Shown: in pieces, positions 30,798-40,984 of the stretch | Numbering within the stretch: the stretch's first letter is position 1 | Layout: every line of letters starts with the position of its first letter | Origin: an uncultured Planctomycetota bacterium | GTDB lineage: Bacteria > Planctomycetota > PLA2 > JAEUHO01 | Assembly: GCA_963752285.1 (NCBI GenBank) | Contig: CAVVXN010000005.1 | Span: 288,001-352,000, forward strand | Length of the DNA: 64,000 nt | Direction: 5' to 3' | Translations under genes and position numbers: made by a program | Notes under the pieces: model-generated | Databases searched by the model: none | What the model was told of the DNA's origin: nothing | Seen by the model: the letters and a program-made list of their open reading frames with translations, nothing else

Positions 30798-33488
30798 TTA
30801 CTTGCCCAACGAGCTGCTGAGCCTCACCCTGATCACGTCGGCGCCTCGTTCCGGCGAGAGGGCCGACGCGTACCAGGCTTCCTCTGCTCCTTGTGCCCGC
30901 CCGGCAACGGAAACCGGAAATCGATCAGGATGGATCCACACGGTCAGGACCCGTCCAAAGAGTAGTGCGCCTCCGCCACAGCCCGCTCCCTTGCGATCGC
31001 TGACTTGGACCAAGAGCCATGGAGACTCGGAGCCCATCTCTCGAGGCGGCGACACCTCCAATCGGATCGCCTGCTCGAAGCGAAGGGAGAGCTCGAGCTC
31101 GCGGCCCGCGACCGCCGGCACCGCCGGCGCATCGAGGTGCCCGAGGCGTGATGCGGTTTCGGGCGGGGGGCGCGCCGAGGCCATGAGGTCGCTGCCGGTC
31201 GGGATGCCGTCGAAACGACACGTGCCGGAGTCGTCCGTAACTCCATTCCAGGGGAAGGACCCCTCCCGTCCCCGGAGGATTACGAGGGCGCCGCTCGCCG
31301 GCTCGCCGGAGGGGCCGTAGACCCTGACGCGGATCGCGGCGCACCCGGGAGCGCGCCGGGCGACCACGCGCACCTGTCCCGCTCCATCGGAGGGCACTCT
31401 CGCTTCTCCCTGCCAAGGCGACGGCGAACGCAGGATCTCTCCCCATGCGACCTGCATTCGTTCGCTCCGGAGCACGAGCCGGCACGCACTGGGCGTCCCG
31501 GCCGGACAGCCGAGGTCGAAGACCCCGCTCCCAGTCGTCCACGTCGAGGCGATGCGTTCTCCGTCCGCCTGAACCAAGTCCACCCCGACCCCTGCGACTC
31601 GCCCCCCCCCCTCGGTCACGACCAGCCCGCGAATCGAACGCCGGGGACGTAACGTGACCTCGATCTCCTGCTTGCCGCGCGCCTGTGATGCAGCAAGCTC
31701 CTCTCGCATCCAGCGCCCGCCGTCCGTGGCGCCGGGATCGACGATGACTAGGCGCGAGTCGTCGGCGAGAAAGACTCGGGCCCGACCCAGAAGGTCTGTC
31801 GTGACGCCGTAGATGCCTGCGCTCGTCTGCACGGCCACCGTGCACTCCGGGAGTGGTTCCCCGATCGAGGTCAGTACGCGCACATCGATCGGCTTCCCTG
31901 GCGTGGTACAGGTTCGCAACTCGACTCTGGCGACTTGCCCCGAGCGGACGTGGACCTCCTGCGCCACGTAGGGCGCACCGGGAACACGCGCAACGACGCG
32001 GTAGGCCCCGACACCAAGTCCCTCGAAGCGGAAGGCACCCGTGCTGTCGGTGTAGCTGCTGGCGTCTCCGGACCGCGCCCGTGGCCCTTCGGAGACGTAG
32101 GGAGCATCGCAGACATCGGAGTTCCTCTGGACCAGCGCCACGACCGTATCGACGCACGGGGCGTCCCCCGCTCCTAGGACTGTCCCCTCGATCGTCCCCG
32201 CGGTCTCCATGCGTAGCACGGGTAGGACCCACTCCGGCGGCGCGTCGGGGGGCAGCGGCGCTTCCACGGAAAGCTGGCCGAGAAGTGGAGCGCCCACCTC
32301 TACCAGGCACCGGTCCCCGGGCGCCGCACCCTCCACGCGGAATGCACCGTCCCCCCCGGATTTCGCCCGCCCGGTGGGTACCCACGCTCGGTCGGATCGC
32401 GACCAGACCGAGGCCCGCACCTCGGCCGCGGCGACCGGCGCTCCATCCGTCCCGACCACTGATCCCACCAGCGCGACCGAGTGGCGAAGGCACACTTGTA
32501 CATTCTCCCCCTCGTCGGCGATCTGCACGCTTGCCGGAGCGTAGCCCACCGCTCGTACCAACAACCTTCTCTCGTCGTGGGTCTGCGGAGACCAGCCGGG
32601 TAGCGTGAAGCGGCCGCTGGCGTCACTGCTGACACCCGCGCCGAACTGCCCTGTGGCGCGTATGGATGCTCCACTGACACCCCGCCCGTCAGCGCAATCG
32701 AATACCGTGCCACGCAGTGTCAGCCCGCCAGGGAGCGTCAACTCGAGGCAGCGCTCTGGCTCGCTGCCGATCCAGGCGGTCGCCGCACTGGACCCGAATA
32801 CGTCATGCTGAGCGAAGACCGTGCACTTGCTTCCTCTGGGTGCATCGAGATGGCACAGACCCTCGGGGCCCGTGACGCCATCTGCGGACCCGAGTGGTTG
32901 GTCCCCCCGGTAGTAGGCTCGGACCGTTGCGTCTCCCGCTGGCCCGCCGTCCGGAGCAAGCACCCGCACGAGGAGGCTGGTTGTCGCACGGAGCACGACT
33001 CGAAGCACCTGTCCCGCGCAGACGCCACGACGACGAACGGCAACATACCCCGTGAATGTCGCGGAAAGCTCGTAGCGGAGTCCGGTGCGGGCAGGTAGAG
33101 CGAAACCGCCCGCCGTATCCGTCCGCTGCTCGGAGGAGGCCCCCATCTCGGGCCCGTCGAGCGAGGCCGATTCCTGCAGCTGGACGAGAACGCCGGTGAT
33201 GGGGGTTCCATCGGCATCGACTACTACTCCACGTACCTGCGCGCTGCCGATCGCCGCGTGTCGAGTCACCGCCTGCGGCGGATCCCCCGCGAGCGTCGCA
33301 TGCTGGTGATCCCCGTTGGGGCGCGGCTCGGCGCGGGAGCGGTGCTGGGTTCGGACAGAGCGCACGTCCATGCGTCCGTGTGCCAAGAGGATGCCGACCA
33401 TCGCCAAGGCAGCGGCTGCCACGGCCGTAAGCCCCAAGTTCCGGCCGGTGAACCGCGAAGCAACCAAGCGCGACACCTCCAACGACAA
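30798..33488 (-). CDS. Membrane-anchored protein with multiple carboxypeptidase-regulatory-like domains
   Basis: Repeated G-x-V-x-D-x-x-G-x-P-(I/V)-x-GA and TD-x-x-G-x-F motifs; N-terminal TM. Confidence 0.8.
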   Translation of the reverse strand: MSLEVSRLVASRFTGRNLGLTAVAAAALAMVGILLAHGRMDVRSVRTQHRSRAEPRPNGDHQHATLAGDPPQAVTRHAAIGSAQVRGVVVDADGTPITGVLVQLQESASLDGPEMGASSEQRTDTAGGFALPARTGLRYELSATFTGYVAVRRRGVCAGQVLRVVLRATTSLLVRVLAPDGGPAGDATVRAYYRGDQPLGSADGVTGPEGLCHLDAPRGSKCTVFAQHDVFGSSAATAWIGSEPERCLELTLPGGLTLRGTVFDCADGRGVSGASIRATGQFGAGVSSDASGRFTLPGWSPQTHDERRLLVRAVGYAPASVQIADEGENVQVCLRHSVALVGSVVGTDGAPVAAAEVRASVWSRSDRAWVPTGRAKSGGDGAFRVEGAAPGDRCLVEVGAPLLGQLSVEAPLPPDAPPEWVLPVLRMETAGTIEGTVLGAGDAPCVDTVVALVQRNSDVCDAPYVSEGPRARSGDASSYTDSTGAFRFEGLGVGAYRVVARVPGAPYVAQEVHVRSGQVARVELRTCTTPGKPIDVRVLTSIGEPLPECTVAVQTSAGIYGVTTDLLGRARVFLADDSRLVIVDPGATDGGRWMREELAASQARGKQEIEVTLRPRRSIRGLVVTEGGGRVAGVGVDLVQADGERIASTWTTGSGVFDLGCPAGTPSACRLVLRSERMQVAWGEILRSPSPWQGEARVPSDGAGQVRVVARRAPGCAAIRVRVYGPSGEPASGALVILRGREGSFPWNGVTDDSGTCRFDGIPTGSDLMASARPPPETASRLGHLDAPAVPAVAGRELELSLRFEQAIRLEVSPPREMGSESPWLLVQVSDRKGAGCGGGALLFGRVLTVWIHPDRFPVSVAGRAQGAEEAWYASALSPERGADVIRVRLSSSLGK

Positions 33489-33497
33489 CCCGACCTT

Positions 33498-34817
33498 CTA
33501 CGTACGCGGTTGCCTCGGGTCCAAAACTGGCCGTCGAACCAACAGCCAGATCATGCCTCCCAGCACCGCTCCAAGGAGGAGCCAGCGCAGCCGCTCCAGC
33601 AAGGGCCGGGTCAACCTCCCCGAGGGCGTCCCAGCCGGGAGCGCGGGCGCCGAACCTCCGTGGGGCTCGACGTCGTCGCTGAGGACACTTCGAGATCCAT
33701 CGGGGCCAAATCGGTACCTTACTCTCATCGGTTCGTCCAGGACATCGACGACCTCACCTCCGAGGTCCGGCGGCAACTCCGGCCACGCGCCCTCCCCCTC
33801 CGGCGCTGAACGGATGGACTGCAAGAAGTAGGCGGTCACCGAACGCCTTCCGCTTCCCCTCCCCTTGGGCACGTCGTACAGGGTGGTCCATACCACGCGC
33901 GGGACAAACACTCCGTCCGGGCCATTCATCCACTCAAGAACCCTGTGACAGGACCGAACCGCCTTCGCGATTCGCAGAGCTTCGGCACTCTGCGTCTTCG
34001 CTACAAGTGTCACGAGTTCCTTGGGGTCTCCGCGCGCGAAGAGCGTCTCTTCGGGAACGTCGGGCGAGGCGGCTCCGAAGAGCACGATCGCTGCCCCATC
34101 CCGTGCTCCGTTCGTCCAGAGCACGCGGACGGATTGCCCCCACGGCGTCGCCGCCGCGACGCTCTCTCGCGTGCGGAGGAATTCTGGCCACGGCCTGCCG
34201 GGAAGCGTCAAGTAGGAGCCGCGCAAGAGCGGGACGTCCAGCGGCCGGTCTCGGCCGTTCGAGGTGCGGATGCCGGTCCAGGCCGGGTTGCCGGGCGCCG
34301 CGCCAGCCTCTCGCGTGAAGTACGTCCTGCGACGCCCGTCGTCATAGACGATCCGTTCGAATGCGGAGGGTAGGCGTCTCGTCGCGAATGCGAGCCACCA
34401 GGCCTCCTCCCGGACGACGGCATCGTCCACGTGCTCCTCGGCACTGCCGCGGGACGCACGATAGATGGCGCTCTCGAGCTCGGCGCGGTCACGGTCGAGA
34501 ACGAGCCTGTGCCGCCCCCCACCCCAGACCACGCCATCATCCGGGTGCCAGTCCACCTCCAGATACTCGTAGGTGCAGGACTGCAGGATACGGAGAGCGG
34601 CGGTTACAGAGCTCTTGGCCGGGGGCGAGTCGTCCTCTGCACGGGCGACCGCCGTCCCTCCCGCTACAAGAATCGCGATCACGGCGATAGCGAAGGGATC
34701 CCGCCATCGGATCGGCCGCGGACCGAGCCGCGCCATCGACTGGACGTGGGAAAGGATCGCAGCCTTGGGTGCGCGGCTCACGGCGCGTCGGAGCCCGTAT
34801 GCGTATCGATGTCTCAT
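33498..34817 (-). CDS. Hypothetical exported protein with C-terminal TM helix
   Basis: Signal-like FAIAVIAILVAGGTAVARA and C-terminal WLLLGAVLGGMIWLLV; start uncertain. Confidence 0.6.
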   Translation of the reverse strand: MRHRYAYGLRRAVSRAPKAAILSHVQSMARLGPRPIRWRDPFAIAVIAILVAGGTAVARAEDDSPPAKSSVTAALRILQSCTYEYLEVDWHPDDGVVWGGGRHRLVLDRDRAELESAIYRASRGSAEEHVDDAVVREEAWWLAFATRRLPSAFERIVYDDGRRRTYFTREAGAAPGNPAWTGIRTSNGRDRPLDVPLLRGSYLTLPGRPWPEFLRTRESVAAATPWGQSVRVLWTNGARDGAAIVLFGAASPDVPEETLFARGDPKELVTLVAKTQSAEALRIAKAVRSCHRVLEWMNGPDGVFVPRVVWTTLYDVPKGRGSGRRSVTAYFLQSIRSAPEGEGAWPELPPDLGGEVVDVLDEPMRVRYRFGPDGSRSVLSDDVEPHGGSAPALPAGTPSGRLTRPLLERLRWLLLGAVLGGMIWLLVRRPVLDPRQPRT

Positions 34818-35595
34818 GGTCGTTTCCCGTTCGCTCACAATTCGCCCCGGACCACGCGGATGCGAAGCGGCTGGGAGGGACCGTCCCGCGCCCGGACCGA
34901 ACCTTCGAGTACGTTCCCATCCGAGAGTTTGGTCGAAGCTGTGAATTCCAGGATGGCCCACCGCAGTCATCGGACTTCCCGCGCCCCGATTCAGCGCGCG
35001 CTGCGCTTCCGCGTCGATGAGCGGGAGCGCTCTCCATCCCTGCGGAGTTCCGCAGGGGCGGTCGGCGTGCATGACTTTGATCAGCTCGCGCGCCGCCACC
35101 GCTGCGAGCCAACCACGCTCGCGCCGCACCGCGGCGCCTTGGCGTTCTGCAAGGAAGGCAGCCACAAGCACCCGGTGCGCGACTCTTTCTCCCAGCATAG
35201 CACTTCCGGCCCAGGAGGCCATCGCGCCCACCAGAGCCGGCCGGCCACGGGACCACCACTGATCGAGCAGGGATGCGTCACCCGATCTCGCCGCACCAAG
35301 CGCGATGAAGAGCCCCTCGACGGGGCAGGGGAGGCGTGGACCCTTGAAACGGGTTCGCAGCCCGGGTCCGGTGTTGCCACTCGGCCTCCGTCGCCGGAGA
35401 CGATCCACATCGCGACAATACCACACAGGCCCGTGTCGTCGTGCCCCCGAGTCCCTTCGAATGAGGGTTGTGGGCTCCTCGCTGTCCTGAATGGGTGGCG
35501 TGGCGGCCGGAGCCAACCTGGCCCCCGTCGGGAGGCTGCCGGATCAGCCCTTCCTACCTTCAAAACCACTACTCTGGCTCCGCGGGCCAATCTTC

Positions 35596-35745
35596 TGGGG
35601 CCCGCGGTCTGAAATGTCACCACTTTCCCCGGTCTGCGGGTGCGCAGCGGTCCGGAACGGGCGTGCGTCCGCCGGCCGCAATCGGAGGGGGTGCGGGCAG
35701 GGTGTGGCTGCGTGGGCCGCGGTGCGCCCGGGAGGAGGACGGCAT
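35596..35745 (-). mobile_element. IS21-family end remnant
   Basis: TG-N12-TGAAATGTCACCACTTT, homologous to the IS21 end at 40431-40575. Confidence 0.65.
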
Positions 35746-35769
35746 CCGGGGTCGGGCGGTGGAGCGCGG

Positions 35770-35989
35770 GTTCCAGCCGGGCTTCGACCAGCGGCGCCTG
35801 GAGACGCTGGCGACGCGCGGCTACATCCGCGAGCACGAGAGCGTCCTGATCCAGGGCCCGCCGGGGATCGGCAAGACGCACCTGGCGGTGGCCCTGGGCG
35901 TGAAGGCCGTCGAGTGCGGGTTCTCGGTGGCCTTCCACCGGCTCGACGACCTGCTCCACGTGCTCCGGCGCGACGCGGACGTCCCTTGA
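35770..35989 (+). pseudogene. istB: IstB AAA+ ATPase internal fragment
   Basis: HESVLIQGPPGIGKTHLAVALG Walker A. Confidence 0.85.
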
Positions 35990-35994
35990 CAGTC

Positions 35995-36115
35995 GGAGCC
36001 TCGGGTCGCGGAGGTCGATGCCCTCGAGCACGCGCAGGAGCTCGCGCGGCGAGGTCTCGACCTTGGCGCCGGACACGCTCGCCGGCCACGCGAAGGTCCC
36101 CGCGGTCGAGGACCC
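35995..36115 (-). pseudogene. IS66 TnpB C-terminal fragment
   Basis: GTFAWP...SPRELLRVLEGIDLRDPRL, homologous to TnpB at 38405-38758. Confidence 0.8.
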
Positions 36116-36143
36116 CCTTTGGGTCCCCCATCTGGTCGAGGAG

Positions 36144-36441
36144 CATCGGCGCGAGCGAGGGCTCGAGTCGGCGTTCGAGGGGCCGCCCGCGAGGGCGCCG
36201 CCGGCGGCGTAGGGCGAACGAAGAGACTTCGGGAGGAGGAGAGGGGCCGTCGTGTGGAGGCGGGCGGGAGCGGTACGTCCCCGTTGGCCGCCCCGGGCCT
36301 TGCGAGAGGGACCCAGAGTGCCGAGAATCCGGGCATGGGCCCGTACGGCGCAGATCCCGAGCGCGAGGAGGTGCGAAGCGGTCGACACAACCCTTGCGCG
36401 ACCACGCGACGCCGCCCACGACGAGGATTCAATGTCCTACG
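36144..36441 (+). mobile_element. 5'-truncated ISCR-like copy 5 (shortest; end variant TCCTACGC)
   Basis: Near-identical to ~14626-14921. Confidence 0.9.
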
Positions 36442-36949
36442 CCTAGCCGAAGCCGAATTCCACAGCGCAGCGCAGAACATGTGGGATCTCATGGGCGGCC
36501 AAGGCGCTGTGCCGCGGGGCGGACCGATCTCGGACGCAGACCTAGTCCGGCTGGCCCGCCTGGATGCAATGGCGTTCGGGAATTGGATTGCGAACGCTGC
36601 GTCTCTCCGGGAGAACGACCGGTACAAGGTCGTGCCCCAGCCAGATCCCTACGATCGGAGGGCGGTAGGTGGGTACGACCCGGAAACGGGCGATATTGGC
36701 TTCAAGACCTCCTACATGGACAATAACGCCGAGAGATTCAAGAACGGTGACTGGCTCGGGGAGGCTCGGACAGTGGCAACTCTTTTGCATGAAGTCCGAC
36801 ACGCTGAGCAGGGGCCGACCGAGTCACGTGACCATCCGCCCGATCCAGGTAGAGGAGACGTCCCTGCGGGAACGTCGGAATGACAACGTGTCGATCGGCA
36901 CGACGCCAAGGACATCGTGGACTTTGCGAAACGGGCATGGGGAAGGTGA
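36442..36949 (+). pseudogene. Orphan HExxH metallopeptidase toxin-tip fragment fused to the ori
   Basis: GGYDPETGDI...ATLLHEVRHAEQ; reading frame is open from the ori junction; lower GC. Confidence 0.6.
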
Positions 36950-36959
36950 GAGGCAGGTT

Positions 36960-37616
36960 ATGTGCCTTCACACGCGCAACGAACAGCGGCACTCAAGTCC
37001 GACACGAGCGGCTGGCGGCGGCGGGCGGCTGCATCGGCGTTGGAGCCGGTGCGTAGCAATTCTCGCGATCCTGCTCCTGTTCGCCCCAGCTGTATTGGCA
37101 CTTTCCAGTTGTGGCAGATGCCATGAGACATGTGAGGCGGATGGGCGCGGACGTGTGGAAATCGGCTCTGGAGTGATGCTCGTCCGTCTGCGCATACACC
37201 TGATCGACACGGCGGGGCAGCCGCTGGCGGGAGCGCGCGTCGTGGCATCCCCGTCGGCCCATGCAACTCAGGAGATTGTCGAGGGAATCCGGAAGTCCAT
37301 TGAGTTGTCCCGAGCCGAGGGGAGCATTGCCGGAGAAAGTTGTGCCATCGGAACGACGGATGCGGGTGGAACGGTCCGTCTGGAGTACACGCTCCCGGGG
37401 GCCCCGGATGGGGGGACGGAATGGGTCACTGAGGGCAGATTCCCCTTTGCGGACTATGTTCGGGTGGACTCGGTGCAGTGCGGGACGTTCTTTCGGGAGT
37501 TGAATTGCCCAAGAAACGTGCACTTTGACCTGAACCCGGGGCCGATCGGGCGTGGCGACCTTGGGGAGATCGAGCGGGTTGCCGAGGCCGACTTCGAGAT
37601 CCGGTGTGACAAGTAG
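36960..37616 (+). CDS. Exported or lipoprotein-like hypothetical protein (candidate immunity)
   Basis: Hydrophobic segment plus LSSC; directly follows the toxin fragment. Confidence 0.5.
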   Translation: MCLHTRNEQRHSSPTRAAGGGGRLHRRWSRCVAILAILLLFAPAVLALSSCGRCHETCEADGRGRVEIGSGVMLVRLRIHLIDTAGQPLAGARVVASPSAHATQEIVEGIRKSIELSRAEGSIAGESCAIGTTDAGGTVRLEYTLPGAPDGGTEWVTEGRFPFADYVRVDSVQCGTFFRELNCPRNVHFDLNPGPIGRGDLGEIERVAEADFEIRCDK

Positions 37617-37791
37617 AGGGGCTCCGCTGCGTGGCGGCCCCGTCCTGATGCTCTCCTTGAGTCTCGGGGCATCGGGGCTGCTAGCCCTCGGTCGCGGCGG
37701 ACGGGCTGCGTCGACGCCTGGTGCGGCCACACGGCCGCCGTCAGAATGGCCCGAAGCTGCGGCGGGGCCCGTGCGCCCAGGCCGCCTCAGC

Positions 37792-37924
37792 GTATGCGTC
37801 CTGTGAACGCAGGTCTCCTGGCCGGGCGGCTCAGCCGCCGGCCAGCGCCGCCGTCCGCTCGCGGGCCTCGCGCCATCCCCGGGGCGTGAGCTCGTGCATG
37901 CGGTCCGCGGGGTGGCCGCGGAGC
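37792..37924 (-). mobile_element. IS66 right-end remnant (second variant)
   Basis: GTATGCGTCCTGTGAACGCAGG TIR; encodes ...HPADRMHELTPRGWREARERTAALAGG*. Confidence 0.75.
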
Positions 37925-38057
37925 CCCCTCCGGCCACACCGGCATGACTGGCGACAGGAGCGGAGCATGCAGACCCACGACGAGACAGGGTATGCGTCCC
38001 GTCAACCCATGTTTCCCGATGGCTGCGTGCGTGCGAACCTCCCGGCGCTGAAGGGAG

Positions 38058-38411
38058 GTGCCGATGCGGGCGAGAGGCGGCGGCCAGGCCATCCGACGGT
38101 TGAGGGGAGCGGCTCGGGAGCGGGCCGTGCGGGAGGTGCTCTCGCGCTGGGCCGAGGCCGGTAGCACCAAAGTGGAGTTCTGCCGGCGTGAGGGGATCAC
38201 GAGGGTGACCCTGTCGCGCTGGCTGGCCGAGTTCCCGTCGGGCCGAACCGAGGTGGGTGACGCGCGCCCGCGGTTCGTCGAAGCGATGCTCGGCGCGGTC
38301 GTGCGGGAGTCGTACGAGGTCGTGCTGGCCACGGGGGCGCGCGTTCTCGTGCCGCAGGGGTTCGACGAGCAGGACCTCGCGCGGCTGCTCCGGGTGGTGT
38401 CGGCGTGCTGA
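38058..38411 (+). CDS. tnpA: IS66 accessory protein TnpA
   Basis: HTH (EFCRREGI...LSRW), PRFVE; first ORF of the element. Confidence 0.85.
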   Translation: MPMRARGGGQAIRRLRGAARERAVREVLSRWAEAGSTKVEFCRREGITRVTLSRWLAEFPSGRTEVGDARPRFVEAMLGAVVRESYEVVLATGARVLVPQGFDEQDLARLLRVVSAC

Positions 38412-38758
38412 GCTTCCCTCCGGCGGTGCGGATCTACCTGGCGGCCGGGGCGACCGACATGCGAAAGAGCTTCGACGGCCTGGCCGCGCTGACGGAACAA
38501 GCGCTGGAACTCGACCCCTTGTCGGGTCACCTCTTCGTGTTCTGCAACCGTCGCCGCGACCGGATCAAGATCTTGTACTGGGATCGAGCCGGCTTTTGGT
38601 GCCTGGCGAAGCGCCTCGAGGAGGGGACGTTCGCCTGGCCCGAGGACCCCGGCAGCTCGCGCATCGAGTCTTCGCCTCGGGAGCTCCTGTGCGTGCTCGA
38701 GGGCATCGACCTGCGGGACGCCCGCCTTCGGAAGCGGATGAACCGATTGCCGTCGTGA
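38405..38758 (+). CDS. tnpB: IS66 accessory protein TnpB
   Basis: TDMRKSFDGL, LFVFCNRRRDRIKILYWD and KRLEEGTF. Confidence 0.95.
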   Translation: MLSFPPAVRIYLAAGATDMRKSFDGLAALTEQALELDPLSGHLFVFCNRRRDRIKILYWDRAGFWCLAKRLEEGTFAWPEDPGSSRIESSPRELLCVLEGIDLRDARLRKRMNRLPS

Positions 38759-38777
38759 GGCGTCAATCGAAGAAGAA

Positions 38778-40373
38778 TTGCTTCGCATGCTCTCTCGCAT
38801 CGAGGACAATGCGCCCGTGACGCACGCGATCGATCTTCCCCCCGACCTCGAGAGCTCGCACGCGTTGATCCGTCAGCTCCATGCGCGCCTGCACGAGATG
38901 GAGGGGGAGATCGTGGACCTCCAGCACCGCCTGGACGTGATGGCCCGGCGGATGTTCGGCCGCCGGAGCGAACAGCTGGACCCGGCGCAGCTGGAGCTCG
39001 CGTTCGCCGCCCTCCAGGCCGAGGAGTCCACGACCGCCACCGAGGAGGTCGAGACGGACGCGGCCGACGAGGTCGAGCGCGAGCGGCCGCGGCGCAAGGG
39101 CCACGGCCGCCGGCCCCTGTCGAGGGATCTGCCGCGGGAGGTGCGGCGCGTCGAGCCCGAGAGCACGACGTGCCCCGGCTGCGGGAAGGCGATGGTCGAG
39201 ATCGGGGAGGAGCGAAGCGAGCAGCTCGACTACGTCCCGGCGGTGGTCCGCGTGATCGAGACCGTGCGGCCGACCTACGCCTGCCCGACCTGCAAGGACC
39301 ACGTGAGCGGGGCGCCACCGGCGACCTCGCCGATCGCCCGCGGGAAGGCCACGGCGGCCCTCTTGGCGCACGTGGCGGTGTCCAAGTACGCCGACCACCA
39401 GCCGCTCAACCGCCAGGTCGGGATCCTGGCGCGGGTGGGCGCGGATCTGACCAAGCAGACGCTCTGCGGCTGGATCCGGCAGACGAGCGAGATCCTGGCC
39501 CCGGTCGAGACGGCGCACTGGGAGTCGATCCTCTCCTCGCACGTGCTCCAGGCCGACGAGACGCCGGTGAAGATGCTCGACCCGCCGAAGAAGGAGTGCA
39601 GCCGGGCGTACTTCTGGGCGTATGTCGGCGACCGCGACGAGGTGGCGTTCGACTTCTCGACCGGACGCGGGAGCGAGGCGCCGCTTCGGGCGCTCGCGGG
39701 CTTCCGCGGGGCGTACCTGCAGTCCGACGGCTACTCGGGCTACGGCCCGGTGGAGCGTGCGAACCGTGCCATGAAACGCACGGGGTGCATGGCCCACATG
39801 CGGCGTGGCTTCTACGACGCCCGGGGCCTGGACCCCGCGCGTTGCCTCCTGGTGCTCGCGCTCGTGCGCCAGCTCTACGACGTAGAGGAGGACGCCTGGA
39901 GCGCGACGGAGAGCCGGGAGGAGCTCGTGGCGCTCCGCTACGTGCTCCGCCAGGATCGAAGCGTCGCGATCATGAAGACTCTGCACGCGCACCTGGAGCG
40001 ATGGAAGACCGAGGTCCTTCCCAAGAGCCCGGTCGGGAAGGCGACCGGCTATGCGCTCAACCAATGGACCGAGCTCACGCGCTTTCTCGACGATGGAGCG
40101 CTCGAGCTGGACAACAATTCCGCGGAGCGCGCGCTGCGGACCGTGGCGGTGGGCCGCTCGAACTCGACGTTTTGCGGGAGCGAGAGCGGCGGTGCCTGGG
40201 CGGCTACGTTCTACGGGTTGCTCGGCACCTGCCGACTGCAGAAGATCGACCCGGCGGCGTGGCTGACGGACGTTCTCAACCGTGTCGCCCAGCACCCCGC
40301 GGACCGGATGCACGAGCTCACGCCGCGGGGATGGCGGGAGATCCGGGACCGGGCTGCGCCCGACACGGGCTGA
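38778..40373 (+). CDS. tnpC: IS66 DDE transposase TnpC
   Basis: FGRRSEQ, SKYADHQPL, ADET, SDGYSGY, CMAHMRR and DNNSAERALR. Confidence 0.95.
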   Translation: MLRMLSRIEDNAPVTHAIDLPPDLESSHALIRQLHARLHEMEGEIVDLQHRLDVMARRMFGRRSEQLDPAQLELAFAALQAEESTTATEEVETDAADEVERERPRRKGHGRRPLSRDLPREVRRVEPESTTCPGCGKAMVEIGEERSEQLDYVPAVVRVIETVRPTYACPTCKDHVSGAPPATSPIARGKATAALLAHVAVSKYADHQPLNRQVGILARVGADLTKQTLCGWIRQTSEILAPVETAHWESILSSHVLQADETPVKMLDPPKKECSRAYFWAYVGDRDEVAFDFSTGRGSEAPLRALAGFRGAYLQSDGYSGYGPVERANRAMKRTGCMAHMRRGFYDARGLDPARCLLVLALVRQLYDVEEDAWSATESREELVALRYVLRQDRSVAIMKTLHAHLERWKTEVLPKSPVGKATGYALNQWTELTRFLDDGALELDNNSAERALRTVAVGRSNSTFCGSESGGAWAATFYGLLGTCRLQKIDPAAWLTDVLNRVAQHPADRMHELTPRGWREIRDRAAPDTG

Positions 40374-40430
40374 CGTCCGGCGCAGGCCAACATGCCGCTA
40401 CCTGGGTTGACCGGACGGATACGAGACAGG

Positions 40431-40984
40431 TGCGACCAGCGGTCTGAAATGTCACCACTTTCCTCGGTCTGGAGGTGCGCAGCGGTCCGCAGTGGGCGTG
40501 GGTCGACCGGCCGCGACCGGAAGAGGTGCGGGCAGGGAGTGGCTGCGTGGGCCGCGGTGCGCCCGGGAGGAGGTTCGCTACGCCGGCGGGGCGGCGGTCT
40601 CGGGAGGCAGTCGGTAGGAACTTCCCTCGATCGTGACGATCTCGCTGTGATGGGCGATGCGGTTGATCACTGCATCCGCGACCGTGGCGTCGTGAAACAC
40701 CGACGCCCATTCCTTGAAGGGGCGGTTCGTCGTCAGGATCACCGAGCCTCGCTCGTAGCGGCCGGAGATGACCTGGAAGAGGAGATCCGCTCCGTGACGG
40801 TCGATGGGCAGGTAGCCGAGCTCATCGAGGCAGAGAACGTCGGGGGGCAGGTAGGAACGTAGTCGTTTGAGGAACGTGCCGTCGCTCTGGGCGGCGTGCA
40901 GGTGGTTCACCACGTTGATCGCCGTGGTGAAGAGCACGCGGTGTCCCCTCTGGCAGGCGGCGTAGCAGAGCGCAGAGGCGAGGT
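40431..40984 (-). mobile_element. istB: IS21 right-end remnant with istB 3' half (stop at 40578)
   Basis: LCLDELGYLP, RYERGSVILTTN and RIAHHSEIVTIEGSSYR; TIR TGCGACCAGCGGTCTGAAATGTCACCACTTT. Confidence 0.88.

Larger units (their letters stand above)
37990..40422 (+). mobile_element. Complete three-gene IS66-family element with 8-bp TSD GAGACAGG
   Basis: TIRs GTATGCGTCCCGTCAACCCA and TGGGTTGACCGGACGGATAC; GAGACAGG at 37982-37989 and 40423-40430. Confidence 0.95.

Noticed and set aside
34820..35516. Degenerate ECF sigma-like sequence in the 5' part of the 672-aa ORF
   Set aside because: Only a faint GWLAAVAARE resemblance; not enough to call without a profile search.
37990..37998. IS66 TIR start GTATGCGT shares TATGCGT with the ISCR ori end
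   Set aside because: Fully explained as an IS66 GTA-type terminus with its own TSD; no evidence of a mechanistic link.
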